Origin: a bacterium
Lineage (GTDB): Bacteria; Bacteroidota; Ignavibacteria; UBA10030
Direction of reading: 5' to 3'
Assembly (NCBI GenBank): GCA_043803945.1
Contig: JAZDJN010000087.1
Span: forward strand, 64,001-128,000
Length of the DNA stretch: 64,000 bases
Shown here: positions 20,866 through 31,552 of the stretch, one piece after another
How positions within the stretch are numbered: the first letter of the stretch is position 1
Layout: every line of letters begins with the position of its first letter
Made by a program: the position numbers and the translations under genes
Notes under the pieces: model-generated
Seen by the model: only the letters and a program-made list of their open reading frames with translations
Told to the model about the DNA's origin: nothing
The model's database searches: none

Positions 20866-21255
20866 ATGAAAAAATTTGTCGCAGTCATCGCTGTTCTTCT
20901 CTTTGTTGCCGTTGCGTTCCAGGCAGCAGTTGCTCAAGGAATGGGTGGTGGCCAAGGACGTGCACCGCGCACACCTGCGGATCAGGCAAAATCGCTGAAG
21001 GACAGTCTTTCCCTTACAGATGAGCAGGTAGCCAAAGTTACAACGGTTTATGAAGAGCAGGCGAAAGAAAGGACCGCCATGATGGAGCAGATGCAAGGTG
21101 GCGATCCGGAAGCCAGGAGAACAGCTATGCAGGAATTTCAGACGAAGTATACTGAGAAAATCATGAAGCTTTTAGATGATACACAGAAAAAGAAATACGA
21201 AGAAATGCAGAAAGCGATGCAGGCACGCAGGGGCCAGCGCCAACGCAACAACTAA
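20866..21255 (+). CDS. Periplasmic Spy/CpxP-like (LTxxQ) protein
   Basis: AGGAG RBS, signal peptide, LSLTDEQVAKV, LLDDTQKKKYEE, Met/Gln-rich. Confidence 0.75.
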   Translation: MKKFVAVIAVLLFVAVAFQAAVAQGMGGGQGRAPRTPADQAKSLKDSLSLTDEQVAKVTTVYEEQAKERTAMMEQMQGGDPEARRTAMQEFQTKYTEKIMKLLDDTQKKKYEEMQKAMQARRGQRQRNN

Positions 21256-21275
21256 TCTGGAGAGTCTATGTAATC

Positions 21276-21320
21276 AGGCGGATACAGTCTTCTTGCGAAG
21301 AGGTGTCCGCCTTTTGCTTT
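21276..21320 (+). terminator. Rho-independent terminator
   Basis: AGGCGGATAC...GTGTCCGCCT followed by TTTGCTTT. Confidence 0.7.
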
Positions 21321-21412
21321 CCTGGAGGAAGTGCCCACGATTCTCCAGACCATATTGTTGATGTGAAAGATTAAACCTCTTGGTGGCCCGTTCTTCGAAA
21401 GGAATTTGATCT

Positions 21413-22255
21413 ATGAGACATCGTACGTTGCTTTCAACACTCCTGCTCTCCCTCATTACACTCTTCACTATTTCAGTCATTCTGTTCTCTCTCCCGGGTT
21501 GCAGTTCTGCAATCGAACTCACAAACAATTGGAATAACGGAGAGATTAAGATCGATGGTATGAAAGATGATTGGGGCAGCGACCTCTCCTTCCTCCGTCA
21601 ATATTCCTGCTCTATTGGCAGCCGAAACGATAACGAGAATCTGTATGTTTGTTTTGTCGCATCCGAACAGAGAACACAAATCATGATGCTCGGTCTTGGA
21701 TTTACCGTATGGATCGATAGCGCCGGTGGAAATAACAAGACCTTTGGTGTTCACTTTCCGTTGGCGCGTGTAGGACTCGATCGCCGGGTCCTTGCGCAAG
21801 CCATGGGCGGCAGGACTGATCCGGAAGAAATCTGGAGAAATGTGGCCCCTACCCTGACTGAGTATGAACTTGTTAGTTCCTCCAAGACTGTCCACAAAAA
21901 AGTAAATTTGTTTCAAAGCAAGGACCTCGCCGTACGCATCGGTTACATCAATGAATCGCTGGTCTATGAATTGAAAATCCCGCTCAAGAAAGATACCGAG
22001 CATCCCCATGGTATCAACATCGAACCCGGGAAAACAATTAGCCTTGGTTTTGAAGTCGGTTCGTTCTACGTTCCCTCCGCTCAACCAATCTCTCAGGATC
22101 AACAAACTGGAGGAGGCGGCGGTGGGCGCGGGGGTGGCGGCGGTCGCGGAGGCGGGGGAGGGCGAGGAGGTGGCGCTTCAGGGGCAGCTCCAGCCAGCAG
22201 TGGAGGGGGATTCCTTAAAATCTGGACCACAGCAACGCTCGCTACTGCGAAATAG
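21413..22255 (+). CDS. Hypothetical lipoprotein with Gly/Arg-rich low-complexity segment
   Basis: Lipobox LPGC; IKIDGMKDDW, NDNENLYV, YELKIPL (DOMON/CBM9-like pattern); GGGGGR repeats. Confidence 0.75.
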   Translation: MRHRTLLSTLLLSLITLFTISVILFSLPGCSSAIELTNNWNNGEIKIDGMKDDWGSDLSFLRQYSCSIGSRNDNENLYVCFVASEQRTQIMMLGLGFTVWIDSAGGNNKTFGVHFPLARVGLDRRVLAQAMGGRTDPEEIWRNVAPTLTEYELVSSSKTVHKKVNLFQSKDLAVRIGYINESLVYELKIPLKKDTEHPHGINIEPGKTISLGFEVGSFYVPSAQPISQDQQTGGGGGGRGGGGGRGGGGGRGGGASGAAPASSGGGFLKIWTTATLATAK

Positions 22256-22389
22256 CCTTGCCCCTAGGTATGGATATCACCTCGAGCCCCATACTGCAGG
22301 ACGATCATTCCGACTTCTCCTCTCGCTGTAAAAGGAGAAGTCGGATTCTTCACATAACCTTGGGCACGGCATTTATCATAAAGAATCGG

Positions 22390-23301
22390 ATGATTCTCCT
22401 TCTCGCCTTTCTCTTCTTTGCACCATTTCTTTACTCACAACAATCGTTTCCGGCCAAACCTGGTAATTACAAACACACACTGCATTTCGATCAGCGAGAA
22501 CGTATCTATCTTCTTCATCTTCCATCGACCTACAATAAAGGTATTGTTTATCCTCTTGTCATTGCATTGCATGGTGGCGGAGGCAACGGAGAAAATATCG
22601 CGGCGATGAGCGGTCTCTCAGTGAAAGCGGACCGGGAGGGATTTATCGTCGTCTATCCGTACGGTACAGGAAGGTTCAAGGAACGATTGTTAACCTGGAA
22701 TGCCGGCAATTGCTGCGGATATGCTCGCGAAAACAACATCGACGATGTGGGATTTATTCGCTCCCTCATCAATGAACTTGAACGAAATTACTCTATCGAT
22801 CCAAAGCGCATCTTTGCAACCGGGATCTCGAACGGAGGAAAGATGTGCTACGTCCTCGCGTGCGCCCTCTCAGAAAAAATTGCCGCAATTGCCCCTGTTG
22901 CCGGTTCCATGGAACTCCCGGCGTGTTCACCGAAGCAACCTGTTTCCGTTGTCATTTTCCACGGAACGAAAGATCAGCACATTCTCTACTCCGGTGGAAT
23001 TCCAATAAAACAAGTTGACCGATCACCACGCGTTGACAGTTCCGTTACATTTGCGGTTGGGTACTGGGTACACCACAACCAATGCTCCCCAACGGCCAGC
23101 ATGACACAACAAGGATCCATCATCAAGGAAAGCTACATCCAATCAACCAATGGATCGGCTGTGATTCTCTACACGATTAAAGGCGGAACACATTCCTGGC
23201 CCGGTGGAAAACGTGGATGGATCCTGGGCGAGAAACCGACGGAGGAAATCTCGGCAACAGAGTTGATGTGGGATTTTTTTTCAAAGCATCCAAAACGATG
23301 A
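22390..23301 (+). CDS. PHB-depolymerase/LpqC family secreted esterase
   Basis: LHGGGG, WNAGNCCG, DDVGFI, GISNGG nucleophile elbow, HGTKD, HSWPGG; start uncertain. Confidence 0.9.
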   Translation: MILLLAFLFFAPFLYSQQSFPAKPGNYKHTLHFDQRERIYLLHLPSTYNKGIVYPLVIALHGGGGNGENIAAMSGLSVKADREGFIVVYPYGTGRFKERLLTWNAGNCCGYARENNIDDVGFIRSLINELERNYSIDPKRIFATGISNGGKMCYVLACALSEKIAAIAPVAGSMELPACSPKQPVSVVIFHGTKDQHILYSGGIPIKQVDRSPRVDSSVTFAVGYWVHHNQCSPTASMTQQGSIIKESYIQSTNGSAVILYTIKGGTHSWPGGKRGWILGEKPTEEISATELMWDFFSKHPKR

Positions 23302-24632
23302 ACATACTATTGCGAGTCCCGGGGATCACAAGTTTCACTTCAATCGATGACCGCGAGGATCGAGAAGTCTTTCCATTTCTCATACATTCCTGGATCATGC
23401 TCTTTCTTATCGTCATTGCTCTCCCGCAAGCAGTTCACAGTCAGGGTGCCGTAAAAATTTCTACAGGGCTTAAACCACTCACCGAATTAGGACAAGAACT
23501 CTACAAGGGGTACTCCGGCGGACTTTACTCGCAAGGATTGAACACGAGGCCATCAGCACATAACACTGCGGGCCGGGAGATGGCGTTGTCCATTCAACCA
23601 CTGGATCGAGATGGAATACCAAATGCACAGAACGGGAAGATTGTTCTATTGTCAATTGGAATGTCGAATACAACACAGGAGTTTTCCGTCTTCAAGTCCA
23701 TAGCGGATGCGGAAACCGTCAAAAATCCAAAAGTAGTTATCGTCGATGGCGCTCAGGGAGGCCAGACCGCTTCGATCATTATCAATCAGGCCGCGCTGTA
23801 CTGGACCGTGATTGACCAGCGGCTAACCAACGCGGGTGTTACTCGCCAGCAAGTTCAGATTGCATGGATAAAGCAAGCCGACGCTGGCCCAACACGAGGT
23901 TTTCCGGCTTATGCTCAAACATTGCAGTCGGAGCTCGACTCGATTGCCTGCATTCTAAAATTCAAATATCCAAATATCAAACTGTCGTATTGGTCAAGCA
24001 GGATTTATGGTGGGTATGCTACCACCTTGTTGAATCCCGAGCCTTACGCCTATGAATCGGGATTTTCGGTGAAGTGGGCGATCGAACAGCAAATCAATGG
24101 AGATCCTTCGCTCTCCTTCAGGGGCTCATCGGCTAAAGCACCCTGGATGGCATGGGGACCGTATCTCTGGGCCGATGGAACAATACCACGGTCCGATGGA
24201 TTGGTTTGGGTGGTAAACGATTTTGTAGCCGATGGCACACATCCCTCCTCATCAGGTCAACAGAAAGTTGCTCAACTCCTTCTGAATTTTTTTAAGAAGG
24301 ATTCGACGGCTTCAATCTGGTTCACCCGTTCATTCACGATGGCGTTTCCCTCTGACCAAGAGCTTCCTCTGAATTTCTCGCTCGAACAGAACTATCCAAA
24401 TCCATTTAACCCTTCCACGATGATATCATATCAGATTCCTGTTACGGGTGATATTTCACTCTCAGTGTACAACCAACATGGAGAACGCATTCTCACTCTT
24501 GTTGAAGGGCGACAATCTGCTGGTACCCATCGTCTTACCTGGAATGCTTCTGGTTTTTCCACCGGTATTTATTATTGTCAACTCAAAACCGGCACTTACC
24601 AGAACACGAGGAAACTTCTCCTGCTTAGATAG
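23298..24632 (+). CDS. Secreted protein with SGNH-like domain and T9SS type-A C-terminal domain
   Basis: SIGMSNT and DGTHP motifs; C-terminal LEQNYPNPFNPST...WNASGFSTGIYYCQL...RKLLLLR; alternative start 23397. Confidence 0.82.
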   Translation: MNILLRVPGITSFTSIDDREDREVFPFLIHSWIMLFLIVIALPQAVHSQGAVKISTGLKPLTELGQELYKGYSGGLYSQGLNTRPSAHNTAGREMALSIQPLDRDGIPNAQNGKIVLLSIGMSNTTQEFSVFKSIADAETVKNPKVVIVDGAQGGQTASIIINQAALYWTVIDQRLTNAGVTRQQVQIAWIKQADAGPTRGFPAYAQTLQSELDSIACILKFKYPNIKLSYWSSRIYGGYATTLLNPEPYAYESGFSVKWAIEQQINGDPSLSFRGSSAKAPWMAWGPYLWADGTIPRSDGLVWVVNDFVADGTHPSSSGQQKVAQLLLNFFKKDSTASIWFTRSFTMAFPSDQELPLNFSLEQNYPNPFNPSTMISYQIPVTGDISLSVYNQHGERILTLVEGRQSAGTHRLTWNASGFSTGIYYCQLKTGTYQNTRKLLLLR

Positions 24633-24993
24633 TGACGGACAATTTCCCTTTTTTCAAAACTCAGAATCCTGAGGAACTGCCGAGTTGATTCTCAATCTTC
24701 TACAATCCGAAACACAAAATTAAAGCTCATCCGAAAAGAATTGACCAGACGATATCGTTGAATATCGCAACACATGATTCCGCACACATTTTTCTGGTTC
24801 ACGTTGATAAGAACGAACTCTCTGTTCTCTTCCTCTGCTAGATATGAAACAGAATACTTGGCTCAACACATTCTTCGTCAATATTCGGATCAAATAACCA
24901 CCATTCTCCAAACGGAGAGAATACCAAGAACAAAGGATACAATTTTTTAAAATCCCGGAGAGGCTTTATTGTTGTCAACGGAATCCTCTTTAT

Positions 24994-25086
24994 TTCAATG
25001 CATCAAACCTCCCCAGCGGAATCTATCTCTATCAACTCACCGCCGGGTCGGTCATACAGCAGCGCAAGATGACGATTCTGAAATAA
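24994..25086 (+). pseudogene. Orphan fragment of a T9SS C-terminal domain
   Basis: Translates FNASNLPSGIYLYQLTAGSVIQQRKMTILK-stop with no matching upstream coding sequence. Confidence 0.7.
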
Positions 25087-25248
25087 CGCATTTGAGTTCT
25101 TCCGAACATGAAAAAGGAAGCTGGAGAGTGTTTTCTGTGAACTGACTATTGTTGGTAAGCGGGCTTACTGTTCATCGTCAAGTGGAGGGATCGATTTCGG
25201 CTGACCGAAGAGTTCGGGAAGATCGTTGACGTCAACCTCAATGAGCAA

Positions 25249-26136
25249 TTAAGGCAGTGAGATTTGAAGGCCTTCGCGTGCTCCGAAGCACTCTACGGTT
25301 CCATTCAAGAGAGCAATGTGTTCTTTTGCCTGCGTCACCATCCCATCGACAAATTGATCATCATGCAATGGATCATGATGGAAGAGCGCCAGTCGCTTGA
25401 CATTTGCCTGGACTGCAAAACGAACCGTTGTCTCAAGCGATGAATGGCCCCATCCCCGTTTCTCTTGATATTCATCCTCTGTATACTGAGCCTCGCCGAT
25501 ATATAAATCTGCATCTGATAAAAAATTTACAAACTTCTCGTCGAGGTAGATGGGGAAGTCGACGGCCGTGGCGTTCTTGTGCAGCGTAGACTCGAGTGAG
25601 CCCATGTAGGGCTCATTATCGGTGGCATAGACAACGCTGTTGACTCCGTCGGAAACACGATAGGCGATGCAGAGTGCCGGGTGATTAAGGTAGAATTGTT
25701 GCACCGTAAGAGGTCCAACAGAAAAATCCTCACGCACTTCATGGATTTCGAAATTTGGTGTCATCGACCCAAGCTCGACGGGGAAATAATCCGTACTCAT
25801 CTGTACTTTCATAAGTTCATTGAGGGATTTGTCTCTTCCCGGCGGGCCATAGAGGTGAATATAATTTTTTTGACGGTATGCCGGAAGAAAGAACGGGAAT
25901 CCCTGAATGTGATCCCAGTGTGTATGACTGATAAAAATATGGAGTGTCAATGATGTGTCGGCGAATTCCTTGAGCAGTTTATCGCCGAGCTGCCGGATAC
26001 CTGTCCCTGCATCGAAAATGACAATTTGGTTCGAAGCCCGAAGTTCCACACACGATGTATTGCCCCCATACCGCATCGTCTCCGGGCCCGGAGAAGCGAT
26101 GGATCCGCGTGTTCCCCAAAAGGTAATGTTCATCAT
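25249..26136 (-). CDS. MBL-fold metallo-hydrolase (phosphodiesterase-like)
   Basis: FWGTRGS, YGGNTSCVE, SHTHWDHIQGFPFF, GWGHS, FHHDP. Confidence 0.92.
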   Translation of the reverse strand: MMNITFWGTRGSIASPGPETMRYGGNTSCVELRASNQIVIFDAGTGIRQLGDKLLKEFADTSLTLHIFISHTHWDHIQGFPFFLPAYRQKNYIHLYGPPGRDKSLNELMKVQMSTDYFPVELGSMTPNFEIHEVREDFSVGPLTVQQFYLNHPALCIAYRVSDGVNSVVYATDNEPYMGSLESTLHKNATAVDFPIYLDEKFVNFLSDADLYIGEAQYTEDEYQEKRGWGHSSLETTVRFAVQANVKRLALFHHDPLHDDQFVDGMVTQAKEHIALLNGTVECFGAREGLQISLP

Positions 26137-26516
26137 GGTGAGTTTCTTCGTTTAGTAAGGTGCTTTTCACTAAGATCGAGAAGAGATTCCAAGTCCATCG
26201 GTTTGACAACGTAGGCGTCTGCTCCTAACTCCATGGACTTATCAACATCAGGTTTATAGGATTTTGCAGACATAATGATAATCGCAGTCTTGTTGAATTG
26301 GGAATCTTCCCGCAAAGCCTTGCACACTTCGAAACCCAGCATTCCTGGCATCATCAGGTCGAGAAGAATGAGATCGGGGTGATGTTCCTTTGCCATGGCA
26401 AGTCCCTGCTCCCCATTGTCAGCCTCGTGAACAGTATATCCTGCACGCCGAAAACCCATGGCAACCATTCGACGATAGAATTCCTCATCATCAATAAGAA
26501 GGACGGTGGTATTCAC
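26133..26516 (-). CDS. Single-domain response regulator
   Basis: LLIDDE, PDLILLDLMMPG, KP; GTG start 26516 with GGAG RBS; 4-nt overlap with the MBL gene. Confidence 0.9.
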   Translation of the reverse strand: MNTTVLLIDDEEFYRRMVAMGFRRAGYTVHEADNGEQGLAMAKEHHPDLILLDLMMPGMLGFEVCKALREDSQFNKTAIIIMSAKSYKPDVDKSMELGADAYVVKPMDLESLLDLSEKHLTKRRNSP

Positions 26517-26713
26517 CAGTAGTATCTCCACTGAAGGTTGAGAGCACAACACACGTCTCGATGCTTGCGGCTAACTTATGAATTACTTTTACGAAAGGCA
26601 ACACAAGGAGCGCTCTTTACCCTGTATTGTGCGGAAACGCACGCACTCGACGGGGAGACGGTTTCGCCAGACTTATCGAATTTTTTGATATGGTGAGGGT
26701 TTTTACAGGATTG

Positions 26714-26788
26714 TCGGGGTGAGAGGATTCGAACCTCCGGCCTCTTGCGCCCAAGGCAAGCGCTCTAACCGGGCTGAGCTACACCCCG
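26714..26788 (-). tRNA. tRNA-Pro(TGG)
   Basis: CGGGGTGTAGCTCAGCCCGGTTAGAGCGCTTGCCT-TGG-GCGCAAGAGGCCGGAGGTTCGAATCCTCTCACCCCGA folds as a cloverleaf; CCA not encoded. Confidence 0.96.
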
Positions 26789-27093
26789 ATACTGTTGTTC
26801 ACCGGCATCAAAGTACAAAAAAAACGATGGGAAGTCAATGAAAGGAATCTCCTCGAATCCTGCCACTGGTTGTCACCGTGATTGAGAGTATAAAGAATGT
26901 GTGTGAGAAACTCCGATCCCCATACCATGCCTGCGGGACTGGATCTCGCCAAAGGTTCTTCCTTCGATCGCGAGCATCGCTCAGATGGCGAACGTCGATG
27001 GGAGGTGGGGTGAGGTTTACTCTTCACCTCTTGCATTTGCTTTTAATATTCTCTCTTACTAACATAGCGGTGAATTACTAGGAGCTATTTTTC

Positions 27094-27489
27094 ATGGAAG
27101 CAGAACAAAGAAAAAAAATTCTCATTGTGGATGATGAGGAATCTGTAGCCTATCTTCTTCGCCGCCATATGGCAGCTGCGGGATATGAAACGGCGTACGC
27201 AGCGACGGGAGAAGAGGCATTACAGATTATTGAGAAGGACCTTCCCGATTTAATATTACTCGATATTATGATGCCCGAAATGAACGGCTTTGAAGTATGC
27301 CGACACTTGCGTGATCATGAAAAGACCAAGAAAATTCCTGTTATCATGGTAACGGCTCTCTCTTCTCAAGTCGATTCTTATCAGGCTCGGATGAGCGGTG
27401 CGAATGATGTCGTTGTAAAACCAGTTGATGGAGCGGATCTCACCAACCGCGTTCGGCGATTTATCGGCTCGCCCTTTAAACTCTCATAA
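27094..27489 (+). CDS. Single-domain response regulator
   Basis: ILIVDDE, PDLILLDIMMPEMNGFEVC, KP; AGGAG RBS. Confidence 0.92.
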   Translation: MEAEQRKKILIVDDEESVAYLLRRHMAAAGYETAYAATGEEALQIIEKDLPDLILLDIMMPEMNGFEVCRHLRDHEKTKKIPVIMVTALSSQVDSYQARMSGANDVVVKPVDGADLTNRVRRFIGSPFKLS

Positions 27490-27584
27490 CACTTCTTCGG
27501 TGAAAAAAAATCGGATTCGATAAAATTCCGGCTTCTCAATTTTCATCCGTCGCTGTCAGCATAGCCGTAACAGATACATGCTTA

Positions 27585-28820
27585 TTATCGTTTCGCCAGC
27601 CATGATTCCGGGTTTTGATTGTCTTTCTCCTTCCAGATTTCAAAATGGAGAATAGCGCCTTCCATTGAATCACCACTTTTGGCAATCAATTGGCCCGCCT
27701 TCACCTTTTCCGCTTCCGCTACAGAGACTTCTGAGAGATGTGCGTATACCGTGCGGTACCCGCTATAGTGATTAAGAATGAGGATGTTCCCCAGTCCGGC
27801 GATAAATGATACTATCGATACTTCACCATCTGCAACAGCTTGAACATCAGAACCGGATTTCACTTTGATATCAATACCAGAATTGATGGTCTTGGTATGC
27901 ATGCGGGGGTGGGTATTCTCGCCAAACGGGAAGAGAATTTCTCTGCTTTTCACCGGCCATCGCAACGATCCTTTCTGGAAGGCAATTGTTCCTGCCGGTT
28001 CACGAGCCGGTGACGAAGGAAGTTTCGAAGAGCCCGTTGATCTTGGTTTATCCCTTGAGGCAAGGAGGTCGGTTTCTTTCCGCAGTCGCTCCTTTTCAAT
28101 AAGATCAGCAATCATTTTCTGAACACCCTTCAGCGCCGATTTCTTTCTGTTGAGTTCTTGTTGATAGACAAGCTGGTCTTTCTTCAACGATGTGAGATAG
28201 TTCTTTCGCTGTGAGACTTTTTTCGAAAGCAAAAGCTCCTCTTTGTTTTTTTCGCCGAGAAGCTGCCGCTCGTTGCGCAGGCTGGACTGGAGGCGGGTAT
28301 TTTCCCGTTCGAGGGCATCCCGTTTACCGGTAATTCCTTTGAGATCGCGGGAACGCTGATCGGAAAACCGCCTGAAGTACTCAATGCGGATAGAGAGCTG
28401 GTTAAGTGATTTGGAGGAGAGTAACAATTCAAGATCGTAGACCCGGCCATATTTATACATCGAACGCACATACTTCGCATAGTGCTCTTTCAATGATCCT
28501 AAATGCCGTTCAAGCTCGGTGATGGAGCTCTTTGCCTCGGTAATCTCCGAGGTGATTTGCTGCTCCTCTGCCCTAAGCCGGTGGATCAGCGACCGGATCA
28601 GATTCGATTGCTTCTCAAGATTATCGATATGATCGATCGTCTTCCGTTCATTTTTCTCACTCTCGGTCAGTCTCTTTTCATAGTCTGCAATTTCAGTGCG
28701 CAGACGCGCCAAATCCCGTTCTTTCTTCGCTATCTCTTTGTCCTGCTGGCGACCAAAAGCTCCACCGGAAAGTACAAGAGCAGCTAATAAAAGGAGGAAA
28801 TATGTTATTCGATGATTCAT
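27585..28820 (-). CDS. envC: EnvC-like murein hydrolase activator (coiled coil plus degenerate M23)
   Basis: Signal peptide, long coiled coil, NSGIDI, YRTVYAHL, LHFEIW. Confidence 0.85.
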   Translation of the reverse strand: MNHRITYFLLLLAALVLSGGAFGRQQDKEIAKKERDLARLRTEIADYEKRLTESEKNERKTIDHIDNLEKQSNLIRSLIHRLRAEEQQITSEITEAKSSITELERHLGSLKEHYAKYVRSMYKYGRVYDLELLLSSKSLNQLSIRIEYFRRFSDQRSRDLKGITGKRDALERENTRLQSSLRNERQLLGEKNKEELLLSKKVSQRKNYLTSLKKDQLVYQQELNRKKSALKGVQKMIADLIEKERLRKETDLLASRDKPRSTGSSKLPSSPAREPAGTIAFQKGSLRWPVKSREILFPFGENTHPRMHTKTINSGIDIKVKSGSDVQAVADGEVSIVSFIAGLGNILILNHYSGYRTVYAHLSEVSVAEAEKVKAGQLIAKSGDSMEGAILHFEIWKEKDNQNPESWLAKR

Positions 28821-29605
28821 CGCAAGGTAATGCGTTCCGCACTCACAGGAACTTCAAGTTCGATGGTCTCTGACGGCCCGTTAACCACAATGGCTGAGAA
28901 GACCACAGCCATCATCCTTCGCTCATTGTGCTGGATGATGCGTACAGCAGCCGGCAACTGGCTGTTTTCAACAACCCGGAAATTTGCATAGCGGAGTTCA
29001 ACCCGGGGCTTCCCCGTGAGATCGTACTGGAAAATCTTGGTGATCAGCGACGTGGAAGGATCAATCCAGTATTGATGCCTGCCTGAAACATGATCGAAGT
29101 TGAGGACAATGCTCTCCTCTGCCTTGGAGATCGAAGAAGGCTCACCCTGATCGCCAGCGGCAAAAGAGCCACCCGTGAACAGTGCAATCAGTTGTTCAAA
29201 TTCTACTTCTACCTTCAGGACCCGCTTCATATTGGCAGCATTCATCGACCCCGAAATCAACTGATTGCTCAAACTATTATAGAATTGAAACCTCGTCGGT
29301 GTCAAGAGTCCCGACCCAATAGAGATCCCGAAAGGGCCCTCCACTTTCAAAAAAATGGTATCGGGTTTTTTCAGATAGACTTCAAAGGAACCGCTTTGGG
29401 CAAATTCGGGAGATTCAACAGTAAGATTTCCCGCACCGGAAAGTGTATGAATTTGAGCATGGTGTGCAAGAACAGCGGAACGAATTGTTGTCGGTGTCAT
29501 GGTTGTGGTGATGGTTGCCATACTTTTGGTCTTCGAAGTTGAGGCACACCCCATGCAGAGGACAACTGCGATGAACAGAACCGGAAGAGACCGCGGAACC
29601 GTCAC
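28817..29605 (-). CDS. DUF4292-like lipoprotein (LolA/LolB-like)
   Basis: GTG start overlapping the upstream stop, lipobox CMGC, KVEGPFGI; lies between TPR and envC genes as in Bacteroidota. Confidence 0.7.
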   Translation of the reverse strand: MTVPRSLPVLFIAVVLCMGCASTSKTKSMATITTTMTPTTIRSAVLAHHAQIHTLSGAGNLTVESPEFAQSGSFEVYLKKPDTIFLKVEGPFGISIGSGLLTPTRFQFYNSLSNQLISGSMNAANMKRVLKVEVEFEQLIALFTGGSFAAGDQGEPSSISKAEESIVLNFDHVSGRHQYWIDPSTSLITKIFQYDLTGKPRVELRYANFRVVENSQLPAAVRIIQHNERRMMAVVFSAIVVNGPSETIELEVPVSAERITLR

Positions 29606-31341
29606 ATCAATCCTCGTGCAAGTTTCTCTCGCAGAGTCTGATTCCCCGTATCCATATCCAGCGCCCTCCTCCACATTTGTTTAGCCTGGTCTTTCTTTCC
29701 CAGTTTATAATAGATATCGCCAAGGTGTTCGTGGACGGTAGCACTGGCCTCACCGGCCTGAAGAGCTTTTTTCACATACTGCTCTGCCTCATCGAATTTC
29801 TCAAGCTTAAAATAGATCCACCCGACGGTATCCAGATACGATGGATTGTTTGGTTCAGCCTCAATTGCTTTAAGAGCCATTTTCAACGCGCGCTGAAGTT
29901 GGATTCCGCGTTCAGCAAGGCTGTAACTATAGTTGTTGAGAATCAGCGGCAACTGCGATTCCAGCTTTAGTGCTTTCTCATAGAGCGTATCCGATTCATT
30001 AAAGCGTTTAAGACCATCCAGGGTGAGTGCCAGGGAGCTGAGGGTATTCATATCGTCCGGTTTGAGCTCAAGTGCTTTCTGAAACATCTCAATGGCTTCT
30101 GGTTGTCTGTCCATTCGGGTATAGGCCAATCCCGTCAACAGATAGACCCGGTGATCTTTGGGCAATGATTTCCGGGCTTTCTCCATAATCTCGAGAAGCT
30201 TCTGATACTCTCCTTTATCAAACAATGATGAGCCAAGGAACCACCATGCATCTCCATTCCATTGTGCAAGCTCTATTACGTGTTCCATGTAGTCCGTGGC
30301 GATAGAGTCTTCCTTTCCCCGCGCTGCAATAGCTCCCAGGTACCAATAGGGGCGCCAATCGTTTGGAATTTCCTTTTGCATCTCCTCAAAGAGCGATTTG
30401 GCTCGCTTGGCAAAGGTGGAATCCTTTCCAATCTGTCCAAAGTATGCAATACCAACGCGCAGCCGAACCTCGGGATTTTTGTTATCCTTTTTTAGTATTC
30501 TATCGTATAGTGCCAGGGCCTGGATAAACTCATTCCGTTCCAGATGCAGATCGGCAAGGAGAGCAATGGATTCAACATCATTTTCGTTTTTTTCAATCAG
30601 ATCTTCAAGAAGCGTTTGTGCCTCTTTTACTCTGCCAGACCGGACATCCATCTCGGCGAGCTGCCGTTGAAGTATACTGTTACTGGGATCGAGTTCGAGC
30701 ATCTTTCGATATTTTGCCGCTGCTTGATCAAAGTGACCAAGCGCCTGATACAATTCTGCGGCCTGCAGCAACACATTCCAATCATCACCTTCCTGTTCTA
30801 GGATCCGCTCTAAAATCTTTGCCGATTCCAGTGGTTTATGAGCTCTGGTGAGTTGTGCCAGGTTATACCAGGCACTTGTATTCATAGAGTCAATGGCGAG
30901 AATAATGCGAAATTCGTTCGCCGCCAATTCCTGTTGATTCGCCCTGAGATAAATGGTGGCAAGGTTTTCCCGGTATGCAATCTTTTGTGAGTCGAGCCGA
31001 ACAGCTTCCCTGGCTGATTGTGCAGCAAGGTCCTGTTTCCCCAACAGAGAATAATCCTTCGAAAGGGCATAGAAAATTGCAGGATCGGAATCTTCACGAA
31101 GAGCATCCTGATATTCAAGCACAGCTTCAGCGTAGAGTTCTTGAGAATCATAGACCGATCCCTTGATAAAATGACTCAGGGCGCGGTCTTTCTGAATTTC
31201 CCGCCGCTTTGCCTCCATTCTCTGTTTGAGAATCTCTTCAGGAGATAGCGTGATAGTTTCTCGGGAAGTGCCGCATCCAACAAACAGGAGTAGCACAAGC
31301 AACAACAGCCGTACATCGATTTTTATCATTTGTATTTTCAT
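29602..31341 (-). CDS. TPR lipoprotein
   Basis: Lipobox FVGC; LNNYSYSLAE, SYLDTVGWIYFK, EHLGDIY. Confidence 0.9.
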   Translation of the reverse strand: MKIQMIKIDVRLLLLVLLLFVGCGTSRETITLSPEEILKQRMEAKRREIQKDRALSHFIKGSVYDSQELYAEAVLEYQDALREDSDPAIFYALSKDYSLLGKQDLAAQSAREAVRLDSQKIAYRENLATIYLRANQQELAANEFRIILAIDSMNTSAWYNLAQLTRAHKPLESAKILERILEQEGDDWNVLLQAAELYQALGHFDQAAAKYRKMLELDPSNSILQRQLAEMDVRSGRVKEAQTLLEDLIEKNENDVESIALLADLHLERNEFIQALALYDRILKKDNKNPEVRLRVGIAYFGQIGKDSTFAKRAKSLFEEMQKEIPNDWRPYWYLGAIAARGKEDSIATDYMEHVIELAQWNGDAWWFLGSSLFDKGEYQKLLEIMEKARKSLPKDHRVYLLTGLAYTRMDRQPEAIEMFQKALELKPDDMNTLSSLALTLDGLKRFNESDTLYEKALKLESQLPLILNNYSYSLAERGIQLQRALKMALKAIEAEPNNPSYLDTVGWIYFKLEKFDEAEQYVKKALQAGEASATVHEHLGDIYYKLGKKDQAKQMWRRALDMDTGNQTLREKLARGLM

Positions 31342-31480
31342 TTCAACAAAAATATATCGAATAACACTATGAATAACAAGAAATGGAGGGAAAGGATTCC
31401 GCTAGAAATTCCAGCTCACTCTACTGATAATCTGAATTATTACTTGAACTGTTCAAGCAAATTGCATAACCAGCCGATGC

Positions 31481-31509
31481 TTGACTTTCGATGCTGGGTT
31501 TGATACATT
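31481..31509 (+). promoter_or_regulatory. Sigma70-type promoter
   Basis: TTGACT-N17-TACATT with extended -10 TG, 43 nt before the ATG. Confidence 0.6.
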
Positions 31510-31552
31510 GAAATCGTTTTCAATTACCTAATTGTCACAGCCCGGAGGGAAT

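Noticed and set aside
26714-26788. tRNA-Pro as an integration site
   Set aside because: No integrase and no duplicated tRNA 3' end seen in the window
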